This document shows positions 15,426-23,230 of a stretch of 64,000 nt of DNA, one piece after another (position 1 is the stretch's first letter; each line of letters opens with the position of its first letter). The stretch is taken from contig JARGPD010000003.1 in the NCBI GenBank assembly GCA_029212845.1, forward strand, positions 3,417 through 67,416. Direction: 5' to 3'. This DNA comes from Planctomycetota bacterium (GTDB lineage Bacteria; Planctomycetota; UBA1135; GCA-002686595). A program made the position numbers and the translations under genes. Under the pieces are notes generated by a model. That model was not told the origin of the DNA. It worked only from the letters and a program-made list of their open reading frames with translations, and did not search any database.

Positions 15426-15950
15426 GTGCCCGTGAACAGTACTCCCACGAACCTGTTCCATCCCCTCCTGTTCGAGCCCAGCTATTGGCAGGAACGCCTG
15501 GCCAAGCTCAGCGGGCGTGCTCGGAGGATGATGATCGTCCCCAGGCCCGACCTCGGTCATGGGGGCCTGGAGGTGGTTGAGCTGCTGCTGCGCTCCCACG
15601 ATGATGTCCGCCTGCGCGGCATCGTGGCCTTCTGGCCCATCGCCGGGCCGCCGCGGCGCGTCCGCCTCCACTGGCCGCTCCAGACGGATGCTTCCGAGCT
15701 CGACCTCGACTCGGTCACCGTTGAGGCTGCTGACCTCTACCTGTACAGGGACCCGGACCGCCGCTTGGAGGACCGGGTCCTCGACTTCCTGTGCCTGATC
15801 TGCGGCGCCAAGGGCATGCCCGGGGTGCGCGGCACGGTCCCGACGATCTGCCTGGCGGCCGGCCAGGAGACGCCGGACGAGTACCGCATCGGCAAGGCTC
15901 TGCTCGAGCGCGGCTGGTGCTCCTCGATCGAGGTCGAAGAGGGCCCATAG
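15426..15950 (+). CDS. Hypothetical protein
   Basis: High third-position GC in this frame. Non-repetitive sequence ...RLRGIVAFWPIAGPPRRVRLHWPLQTDASELDLDSVTVEAADLYLYRDPDRRLEDRVLDFLCLICGAKG... with no motif I recognise. The start is uncertain: GTG at 15426 or ATG at 15525. The track start at 15240 is unlikely. Confidence 0.45.
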   Translation: MPVNSTPTNLFHPLLFEPSYWQERLAKLSGRARRMMIVPRPDLGHGGLEVVELLLRSHDDVRLRGIVAFWPIAGPPRRVRLHWPLQTDASELDLDSVTVEAADLYLYRDPDRRLEDRVLDFLCLICGAKGMPGVRGTVPTICLAAGQETPDEYRIGKALLERGWCSSIEVEEGP

Positions 15951-16089
15951 GGAAGACTTTGATGGGTGTTTCGTTGCCCTTTAGGGGTCACCCTCGGGCG
16001 GGCGGGCCGACCCCGTCCGTCCGCGTCACGTGGTGAAGGCTCCAAAGCAGCCCTCGGGTTCGGTGCTTGCCGTAGTAAACTCCCGCGCG

Positions 16090-16899
16090 ATGGCCTTCGA
16101 CCCCAGGCAGGTCGCCCAGCGGGCGACACGGCGCGCCCTGGCCGACACGGCGCGCACGGACCGGCCCAGCCCGGCCATGGGAGGGGTGCATGTTGCGATC
16201 CGGGGCCAAGCGGGCCTGGACGCGCGCCCCGAGGCCCCCGACTCGCCCCCGGTGGACGGGCCCGAGCGCCAGCTGATCACCGCCGAAGCCCTGCTGCTCG
16301 TGCGCGACGGCACCGACTTCCAGCTGCCCCCCGGCGCCCTGGTCACGGACCTCGCCCGGGACGAAGCCGCCAGCCGGGGCATCCGCTTGGTGCGCCCCGC
16401 CGCCGCCCCGGTGCGCACCCACGCCAGCCCCCTGAAGGTCGCCGTGGGCTCTGACCATGGGGGCTTCCCGCTCAAGCGCGAGCTGCTCGACTGGGTGCGC
16501 GCCCTCGGGCACCAGCCGATCGACTTCGGCACCACCGGGACCCAGGCCGTCGACTACCCGGACTTCGCCGCGGCCGTCGCCGAGGCTGTGGCCGCCGGCA
16601 CCTGCGACGTGGGGGTCTGCATCGACGGCGCCGGCATCGGCTCGGCAATGGCCGCCAACAAGGTGCCCGGCATCCGGGCCGCCAACTGCTGGAACATCGC
16701 CTCGGCCAGCAACGCCCGCGAGCACAACTATGCCAACGTGCTGTGCCTCGGGGGCCCCAAGCTCGAGGCGCCCCTGGCCCTCGAGATCCTGCAGACCTTC
16801 CTGGGCACCCCCTTCGGCGCGGACCGGCACGGTCGCCGCGTCGACAAGATCACCCGCATTGAAGAGCGCTACGCGCGCCGGACAGAGACGCGACGATGA
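16090..16899 (+). CDS. rpiB: Ribose-5-phosphate isomerase B (RpiB/LacAB family) with an N-terminal extension of about 115 aa
   Basis: The C-terminal 150 aa read KVAVGSDHGGFPLKRELLDWVRALGHQPIDFGT...VCIDGAGIGSAMAANKVPGIRAANCW...REHNYANVLCLGG...GADRHGRRVDKI, the classic RpiB pattern. The start is uncertain: ATG at 16090 is preferred, GTG at 16030 is in the track. ATGA overlap with deoC. Confidence 0.85.
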   Translation: MAFDPRQVAQRATRRALADTARTDRPSPAMGGVHVAIRGQAGLDARPEAPDSPPVDGPERQLITAEALLLVRDGTDFQLPPGALVTDLARDEAASRGIRLVRPAAAPVRTHASPLKVAVGSDHGGFPLKRELLDWVRALGHQPIDFGTTGTQAVDYPDFAAAVAEAVAAGTCDVGVCIDGAGIGSAMAANKVPGIRAANCWNIASASNAREHNYANVLCLGGPKLEAPLALEILQTFLGTPFGADRHGRRVDKITRIEERYARRTETRR

Positions 16900-17771
16900 G
16901 CCAGCTCACCGAGAAGGAACTCGAGGACCTCCTGACCGAGATCGGTCGCCAGATCCTGGACCAGGGCGTCGGCTCGATCGGCCGCCTCGGCCAGTGGGGT
17001 TGCAGCACGGTCTCGGTGGAGATCTGCCCGGACCGGATCAACGCCGTCATCGATGCGGGCGCCTGCCGCTTCGGGGTGGCGAGCACCAGCGCGCCCAGCC
17101 TCGCCAACGTCGCCGGCTACATCGACCACACCCTGCTGAAGGCGGACGCGACCCTCTCCGACATCGACGCGCTCTGCTCGGACGCCCTGCGCCACAGCTT
17201 CGCTTCGGTCTGCGTCAACGGCGTCCACGTTCGTCGCTGCGCCGAGATCCTGGCCGGCTCGCCGGTCAAGGTGTGCACCGTGGTCGGCTTCCCGCTCGGC
17301 GCCATGGCCCCCGAGGTCAAGGTCTACGAAGCGCGTCGCGCGATCGAGGACGGCGCCACCGAGATCGACATGGTGATGAACATCGGCGCGCTCAAGTCCG
17401 GCGACAACGACTTCGTGCGCCGCGACATCGCCGGGCTCGCCGAGACCTGCCACCGCATGGGCGCGAAGCTCAAGGTGATCCTCGAGACCTGCCTCCTGAA
17501 CGACGAGGAGAAGCGCCGCGCGTCGATCCTGTGCAAGGAGGCCAACGCCGACTTCGTCAAGACGTCGACCGGCTTCTCGTCCGGTGGCGCGACCTTGCAC
17601 GACGTCGAGCTGATGCGCCGCGCCGTCGGCCCCGAGATGGGCGTCAAGGCCTCGGGCGGCGTGCGCGATGCGGCCGACCTGAAGGCGATGGTCGAGGCCG
17701 GCGCGACGCGCATCGGCGCCTCGGCCTCGGTCGAGATCGTCAGCGGCGGGACCTCGAGCGGCGGCTACTGA
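16896..17771 (+). CDS. deoC: Deoxyribose-phosphate aldolase (DERA) with an N-terminal extension of about 75 aa
   Basis: Motifs GYIDHTLLKADAT, VCVNG, TVVGFPLG, TEIDMV, and the Schiff-base Lys context DFVKTSTGF. The N-terminus MSQLTEKELEDLLTEIGRQILDQG is an amphipathic-helix candidate. Confidence 0.9.
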   Translation: MSQLTEKELEDLLTEIGRQILDQGVGSIGRLGQWGCSTVSVEICPDRINAVIDAGACRFGVASTSAPSLANVAGYIDHTLLKADATLSDIDALCSDALRHSFASVCVNGVHVRRCAEILAGSPVKVCTVVGFPLGAMAPEVKVYEARRAIEDGATEIDMVMNIGALKSGDNDFVRRDIAGLAETCHRMGAKLKVILETCLLNDEEKRRASILCKEANADFVKTSTGFSSGGATLHDVELMRRAVGPEMGVKASGGVRDAADLKAMVEAGATRIGASASVEIVSGGTSSGGY

Positions 17772-17790
17772 GCCCCGCCCGGGACCATCA

Positions 17791-18177
17791 CTAGGCGCTG
17801 TCGCTCTGGTGGTCGAAGCCGACCCGGTAGGTCGCGCGCACGACCCCCTTGCTGGTCTCGACCTCCTTCACGAAGTCCGCACCATTCTTGGTGAGGTAGC
17901 GATCGCGCTCGCAGACCCAGCGATGGGTGATCGGGTTGTAGTGGTAGGACTGCCGCATGGTGAGCTCGGCCCCGCGGCCCCATCCGTTCCCGGCTTGCTG
18001 CAGCTGGGTGGCAAGCAGCGCCTCGGGGTCGTCCGTCTCTTCGCTGATCATGAAGGGCAAGAGCGGAGCGACCGCACCGAAGAGCGCCTGCCTCAGGCCA
18101 TCCAGCTCCTGAGAGTTCAACCCTGCATAGGTCGGGGACAGGTCGATGTCGAACGAGACGCGAAGCGTGTAAATCAT
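17791..18177 (-). CDS. Hypothetical protein (128 aa)
   Basis: ATG at 18175-18177 gives MIYTLRVSFDIDLSPTYAGLNSQELDGLRQALF... Non-repetitive, with slightly lower GC3 than its neighbours. The track ORF 17791..19116 is over-extended. Confidence 0.5.
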   Translation of the reverse strand: MIYTLRVSFDIDLSPTYAGLNSQELDGLRQALFGAVAPLLPFMISEETDDPEALLATQLQQAGNGWGRGAELTMRQSYHYNPITHRWVCERDRYLTKNGADFVKEVETSKGVVRATYRVGFDHQSDSA

Positions 18178-18326
18178 GGCGGGGGGAGGGGATCGATGTA
18201 CGAGCGCGGACCCGCCCCTACTTCGGCACCAAGCTCCGGTGAGTTCAGCTGGTTCTCTGAAACCCGGTAAGACGCCCGGCGGCCCAGGAGGCTGGCACCT
18301 GCCCCAGCTCCAGCCCGATCCCCCCG

Positions 18327-20537
18327 CTACTCCAGGCTTCTGGCACAGCGGAACCCGAAGGAGACGCTGCCCAGGGTGCCGCCGAAATCCAGGATCTCCA
18401 TGCTCGGGAGGATGCCACCACGACGCCCGTGGGTGTAAGTCCCACCTGCCACGACGGAGTACTTGACCTCCGCGGACTGCCAGTCCATGAGGTCGGGTGG
18501 CGCGACCAGACTCTCGGTCAGCTCGGCGACGTTCCCGAGCATGTGGTGCAGGCCGGTCGGCGTGTCGCCCTCCGGCCGCGAGTCCACGGGCTCGACGTTG
18601 AGCAGGTAGGTGGCGACCTTGTCGGCGAGGTCGAGCCCCGGCACGGACTCGTAGCCCTCGATGTTCGCGCTGCCCCCCTCGGGGTCGGGTCCCCAGGGGT
18701 AGCGCGCGAAGGACGGACCCCGGCCCGCGTACTCGAGCTCCGTCGAGAAGGGCAGGCGCAGTCCGTACCACTCCGCGTAGGCGCGCGCCTCCTTCAGGGT
18801 GACCAGCATCACCGGCAGCTCGTCGGGGATGCTGTCCACCACTTCGCTGCTCCAGCCCGCAGGCCTCGGCGCGCCGCTCTCCTTCAAGTAGCGGCGGTAC
18901 TGACCGAACGAGACCTCGTGGACATCCAGGGCGAAGGGCGCCAGGTGGATGACCCGCTCTCGATCGGGGTCGCCCGCGGCATTGGTGTAGCCGACCAGGA
19001 TGCCCTCCTGCTCGTTCTCCCAGGGGGCGGGCTCGGGCCGGAACTCCACCATCTCGTGCTGCTCGGGCAGCCCCGTCCAGAGCCGTACTCCCAGCTCCAA
19101 GTCCGGACCCTCCCACCGGATGTTCCGGATCAGGTCCTGGCGGATCCCCTCGTCCGACTCGGCCCGGATGCGCCAGGTCCCCGTACCGGGGCGGAAGCCG
19201 TCCCCGGCCGTCGCGCCGACCTCACGCGACTCCCCGAGCGGCTCCCCGGTGTACTCGTCGAGCTGCACGACCGAGATCCGCACCGACCCCAGGGCACCCC
19301 CCTCGGCCAGCTCGGCCGTGAGCCGCACGAGCGGCAGCGACATGCGCTCCTGGTAGGACTGGAACGCGAGCACCGCCAGCACGGTCGCCGCGCCTGCGGT
19401 GACCCCCGCCGTCACTGCCCGGTTGCGCCCGGCCTTCCGCGCCAGGAGGCGCAGGGGGCTTGGCCTGCGGGCGAGGATGGGCTCCTTGCGGAGGTAGCGG
19501 CCGAGGTCCGCGGCGAACTCGGCCGCCGACGCATAGCGATCCGAAGCACGCTTCTCCATCGCCTTGCCGCAGATCACGCGCAGGTCCCGGGGCACATCGC
19601 CGGCGACCTTGGCCAGCGGCTTGGGGTCGCGGACGATGATCTTGTCGATGACCTCCTTCGAGGTTCGACCCGAGAAGGGCTTGGTGAAGGCCAGGAGCTC
19701 GTACAGCACGACCCCGAGCGAGTAGACGTCGGTGCGCGCGTCGACCTTGCCCTTCACCGCGCGGGCCTGCTCGGGGCTCATGTAGTGGGGCGTCCCTTCG
19801 ACCTTGTCCGTGATCGTGATGCTGCCGAGGCGCTCGTCCTTGGCCAGGCCGAAGTCGACGATGCGCGGCCGGGCGTCCGGCTCGAGGATGATGTTGTTGG
19901 GCTTGATGTCCCGGTGCACGACGCCGGCATCGTGGGCGTGGGCCAAGGACTCGGCGCAGCTCATCACGACGGCCGCCACCGCTCGGAAGTAGAGCTCGCC
20001 GCGGCCGCCGCCGAGGATCCCGCCGCCCGCGAGCTGCAGCTCGATCTCGCGCGCGAGGTCGTGGCCCGGCACGAGCTCCATCGAGAAGTAGTGGTGGCTG
20101 CCGGTCGAGTCCTCGTGGCTGCCCACCTCGAAGACCTGCACGATGCCCGTGTGGCGCAGCCCAGCAGCCGCCTTGGCCTCGCGCACGAAGCGCTTGACGC
20201 GCTGCTCGCTGAGGGCGAAGTGGTGCGGCATGACCTTGATCGCCACCTCGCGATCGAGGCTGACCTGGAGCGCGCGGTAGACGATGCCCGTGCCGCCGCT
20301 GCCGAGCTCTTCGAGCAGGCGGTAGTCCCCGAACAGCTGGCCGACTGCCGAGGGCGCGACCTTGGCGTGCTCGAGGAAGTCGTCCTCGCGGTCGGACGCG
20401 AGCAGCTCGAGGACCTCGGCCAGGACCTCCGGCTCGGCCGCACACTCCCCTTCTAGGAATGCCTGGCGCTCGCCGTCGGGCAGCTCGACCGCCTGGTCGA
20501 ACAGCTGCTTGACCCGTGTCCAGCGGTCGGGGCTCAT
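18327..20537 (-). CDS. Ser/Thr protein kinase with one TM helix and a C-terminal FGE/SUMF1-type (formylglycine-generating-enzyme-like) domain
   Basis: Kinase motifs GSGGTGIVYRA, VAIKV, HRDIKPNNIIL, DFGLAK and SPEQ. TM helix AVTAGVTAGAATVLAVLAF. FGE-like motifs ARAYAEWYGLRLPFSTELEYAGRG...YPWG...GLHHMLGNVAELTE. Confidence 0.9.
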   Translation of the reverse strand: MSPDRWTRVKQLFDQAVELPDGERQAFLEGECAAEPEVLAEVLELLASDREDDFLEHAKVAPSAVGQLFGDYRLLEELGSGGTGIVYRALQVSLDREVAIKVMPHHFALSEQRVKRFVREAKAAAGLRHTGIVQVFEVGSHEDSTGSHHYFSMELVPGHDLAREIELQLAGGGILGGGRGELYFRAVAAVVMSCAESLAHAHDAGVVHRDIKPNNIILEPDARPRIVDFGLAKDERLGSITITDKVEGTPHYMSPEQARAVKGKVDARTDVYSLGVVLYELLAFTKPFSGRTSKEVIDKIIVRDPKPLAKVAGDVPRDLRVICGKAMEKRASDRYASAAEFAADLGRYLRKEPILARRPSPLRLLARKAGRNRAVTAGVTAGAATVLAVLAFQSYQERMSLPLVRLTAELAEGGALGSVRISVVQLDEYTGEPLGESREVGATAGDGFRPGTGTWRIRAESDEGIRQDLIRNIRWEGPDLELGVRLWTGLPEQHEMVEFRPEPAPWENEQEGILVGYTNAAGDPDRERVIHLAPFALDVHEVSFGQYRRYLKESGAPRPAGWSSEVVDSIPDELPVMLVTLKEARAYAEWYGLRLPFSTELEYAGRGPSFARYPWGPDPEGGSANIEGYESVPGLDLADKVATYLLNVEPVDSRPEGDTPTGLHHMLGNVAELTESLVAPPDLMDWQSAEVKYSVVAGGTYTHGRRGGILPSMEILDFGGTLGSVSFGFRCARSLE

Positions 20538-20619
20538 GGGTGTCTCTGGGTCCTTTTACCTGTCATGGAGCAAACTCCATGGGCACCACGCATTCGCTGT
20601 GGCCGCACCGCCAGGATTT

Positions 20620-21180
20620 TCAAACGTCCCCGAGTTCCTTGCGCAGCTTGGCCTTGGCCAGGCGCCACTCGCGCTGGGCCGTGCGCGTGGACATCCCCAG
20701 GGACTTGGCGGCATCCTCCATCGAGCAGCCCCCGAAGAAGCACAGCTCGACCAGGGATGCCATGCGCCGGTCGGTCTTGGCCAGCAGCTCGAGGGCGTCG
20801 TCGAGGGCCAGGATGTCCCCCGCACTGGCCTCGACCACGTTGACGGCCGAGTCCAGGGCCACGCGCTCCCCCTCCGCGTTGCGCTTCTGGCTGCCCTTCT
20901 TGCGGGCGTGATCGACCAGGATCGAGCGCATCGCTCGAGAGGCCAGCCCCAGGAAGTGCTCCCGGCTGTCCCAGGCAGCGGCCTCGCCGGCCAGCTTCAT
21001 GCGGCTGGAGAGCTTGAGGTAGACCTCGTTCACGAGCGCCGTGGCCTGGAGCGTGTGCCCCGCCGATTGGCGCGACATCTGGCGCCGCGCGAGGCCGTGC
21101 AGCTCGTCGTACACCGACGCGAAGAGCTCCTCGGAAGCCAGGTCCGGCTCGTGCGTGGTTTCGGGTTGTTCGTCCTGCAA
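20620..21180 (-). CDS. ECF-type RNA polymerase sigma factor (Sigma70_ECF / TIGR02999-like, kinase-associated type)
   Basis: Motifs LFASVYDELHGLARRQM...GHTLQATALVNEVYLKL...HFLGLASRAMRSILVDHARKKGSQKR...LVELCFFGGCSMEDAAKSLGMSTRTAQREWRLAKAKLRKEL. The proposed start is TTG at 21178-21180, preceded by GGAGAGG five nt upstream. The track start at 21405 is probably too long. Confidence 0.8.
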   Translation of the reverse strand: MQDEQPETTHEPDLASEELFASVYDELHGLARRQMSRQSAGHTLQATALVNEVYLKLSSRMKLAGEAAAWDSREHFLGLASRAMRSILVDHARKKGSQKRNAEGERVALDSAVNVVEASAGDILALDDALELLAKTDRRMASLVELCFFGGCSMEDAAKSLGMSTRTAQREWRLAKAKLRKELGDV

Positions 21181-21244
21181 AAATGCCTCTCCCGGCAGAC
21201 CGGGCGTGGGAACTAGGCGGCCGATCGCCCGTCCTGGAAGCTTG

Positions 21245-21268
21245 GAAGACTCCTCCCTCGGAGTCTTC
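21245..21268 (-). terminator. Perfect 9-bp stem / 6-nt loop hairpin between the VOC-cupin gene and the ECF sigma gene
   Basis: gaagactcc-tccctc-ggagtcttc read directly from the sequence. There is no U-tract, so it could be a terminator or insulator, or a regulatory hairpin upstream of the sigma gene. Confidence 0.3.
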
Positions 21269-21401
21269 ACGTTCCAAACGATCGACTGAGCCCAGCTCGA
21301 ACCTACGTCTAGTCTAACCGGAAGAGACTTGGAACCGGACCCGGGGGCCTGCTCCGTGAGACCCCACGCAAAGCCAAGGCACTCGCCGCCCGGAAATTGG
21401 A

Positions 21402-22343
21402 TCATTCCTCGAGAACCTTCGGCCAGGGCGAGTCGCAGGGCTCGCTCGGCGGCGTGCCGACGTAGGCCTCGGGGGGCGCAGGCGTGTCGATGGCGGAGCT
21501 CGCGCCGACGGTCCCGGCCAGGTCGTCAACCGGGTAGAACAGCCGCCTGGCGCCGTCCCGACGACCGATCATGAGGATCGAGCAGGGACCCTCGCCCGCC
21601 CCGACCAAGACGTGGGTCACCCCCGGGGGGCAGTGGAAGTAGTCCCAGCGCGAGAGGGACCGGTCCTGGCCGTCGACGAGCACGCGGGCCGCTCCCGAGA
21701 GCACCAGGAAGCCCTCCTGGAGGTCCTCGCGGTGGTAGAGGCAGGCCGGCTGGCCGGGCTCGAGCACATGCACGTGCAGCCCGAAGCCCGTGAAGCGCTC
21801 GCCGGCCTCGAAGGAGTTGGCCGTTCCGAAGCGCGGGTTCTTCGTCCAGGGCAGGTCCGCCAGGTTGGCGATGTACCAGCCGGGCCCCGTGGGCCTCGGC
21901 CCGCCGGCTGGGCCGACCTCGCTGGGCGCCTCGGGCACGGCGTGGCCCGCCATCGGATCGCCCTCCACGGTCGCGAGGGCCAGCACCTGGCCGTCGGGAT
22001 CGGCGACGTAGGCGACGCGCTCGCCCCAGGAGCGCCGCTCGAAGGGCAGGAGGGCCCGGCCGCCGGCGGCGACGGCACGCTCGAGGGCGGCCTCGGCGTC
22101 CCCGAGGCGCAGGTAGACCTCGGCCTTGGGCAGGGTGCGCTCGTCGAGCACCTCGGGCAGGGCCTCGCCCAGGATCGGGCCGATCGAGCTTTGCGGCATC
22201 AGCCCCAGGTTGCCCCCACCGGGCAGGGGGAACTCGGTCATGCCGGGCACGTCCGTGCGCGGAGGGCCCTGGAGCACGGCGCCGTAGAAGGCCTTGGCGC
22301 GGTCTTGGTCGGCCACGTAGAGGATGAAGATTCCGTCGGTCAT
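21402..22343 (-). CDS. VOC (glyoxalase/bleomycin-resistance fold) plus cupin fusion protein
   Basis: Start ATG at 22341-22343 (MTDGIFILYVADQDRAKAFYGAVL...RVAYVADPDGQVLAL). C-terminal cupin region GFGLHVHVLEPGQPACLYHREDLQEGFLVLSGAARVLVDGQD...HCPPGVTHVLV. The track ORF 21402..23393 is over-extended. Confidence 0.75.
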   Translation of the reverse strand: MTDGIFILYVADQDRAKAFYGAVLQGPPRTDVPGMTEFPLPGGGNLGLMPQSSIGPILGEALPEVLDERTLPKAEVYLRLGDAEAALERAVAAGGRALLPFERRSWGERVAYVADPDGQVLALATVEGDPMAGHAVPEAPSEVGPAGGPRPTGPGWYIANLADLPWTKNPRFGTANSFEAGERFTGFGLHVHVLEPGQPACLYHREDLQEGFLVLSGAARVLVDGQDRSLSRWDYFHCPPGVTHVLVGAGEGPCSILMIGRRDGARRLFYPVDDLAGTVGASSAIDTPAPPEAYVGTPPSEPCDSPWPKVLEE

Positions 22344-22360
22344 GGCGAGGCTCGGGGGGC

Positions 22361-23221
22361 TCAGGGCCGCTGGAGCACGGCGCAGAGGGGTGGGGTCGCG
22401 TCGGTAAGCAGCTGCTGGAAGCGGGCGGCGACTGCGGCACCCGCCTCCATGACCTCGTCGTGGGAGAGGGGCACGGGGCTGATGCCGGCGGCGAGGTTGG
22501 TGATGCAGGAGATGGCGACGACGCGCATGCCCGCGGCGGCGGCGGCCGAGGCCTCGAGCACGGTGCTCATGCCGACCGCGTCGCCGCCGAAGCGGCGCGC
22601 CATCTCGACCTCGGCGGGGGTCTCGTAGGCCGGGCCGAGGTTGCCGACGTAGACGCCGACCTCGAGCGGGTTCCGGGTCTCGGCCGCGACCCGATCGAGC
22701 ACCGCGCCGAGCTCGAGGTCGTGGACGACGCCGCTCGAGCCGGGGCCTTGGTAGGCCGACTCGCCCGCGAAGAGCGGCGACACGCCCTGCCAGTTGAGCT
22801 GGTCGCTCAGCCGCATCAGGGTGCCCGGCTCGAAGGCCGCGTTCGCACCGCCGGCGGCGTTGGTCAGGAGCAGCCCTGGGATCCCGCAGGCGGCGAAGGC
22901 GCGCACGGCGCGGGTCACCTCGAAGGCCGTCCAGCCCTCGTACAGGTGCACGCGCCCCTGCTGCACCAGGACGCGTCGGCCCCCGAGGGTGCCGGCCACC
23001 AGGCGGCCCGCATGGCCCGGCACCGCGCTGGTTGGCATGCCGGGGATCTCGTCGTAGGAGACGGCAAAGGAGTCCTCGAGCGCGTCCGCGAAGACGCCCA
23101 AGCCGGAGCCGAGCACCATCGCTAGCTCGACCTCCTCGATGCCGAGGCCCGCGATCCCCCGCAGGGAGCCCGCGAGTGCCTCGACCGCGTCGATCGCGGC
23201 CCGATCTTGGGTGTCCACCAT
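22361..23221 (-). CDS. punA: Purine nucleoside phosphorylase, trimeric PNP/MTAP family
   Basis: Motifs GSGLG, GHAGRLVAG, HLYEG, GPAYETPAEVEMARRFGGDAVGMSTVLEA and ISCITNLAAG. Confidence 0.85.
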   Translation of the reverse strand: MVDTQDRAAIDAVEALAGSLRGIAGLGIEEVELAMVLGSGLGVFADALEDSFAVSYDEIPGMPTSAVPGHAGRLVAGTLGGRRVLVQQGRVHLYEGWTAFEVTRAVRAFAACGIPGLLLTNAAGGANAAFEPGTLMRLSDQLNWQGVSPLFAGESAYQGPGSSGVVHDLELGAVLDRVAAETRNPLEVGVYVGNLGPAYETPAEVEMARRFGGDAVGMSTVLEASAAAAAGMRVVAISCITNLAAGISPVPLSHDEVMEAGAAVAARFQQLLTDATPPLCAVLQRP

Positions 23222-23230
23222 GGTCGGATC

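Noticed and set aside
16030-16089. The GTG at 16030 as the rpiB start.
   Set aside because: It is possible, but the first 20 codons (VKAPKQPSGSVLAVVNSRA) add nothing recognisable and the ATG at 16090 is available. The start is left flagged as uncertain rather than firmly rejected.
21526-22440. Overlapping alternative-frame ORFs within real genes (for example 21526..22440, 19222..20445, 12759..13814, 26751..27095).
   Set aside because: They are same-strand or opposite-strand frame shadows with Arg/Pro/Gly-rich translations, while the annotated frame carries the recognisable motifs.
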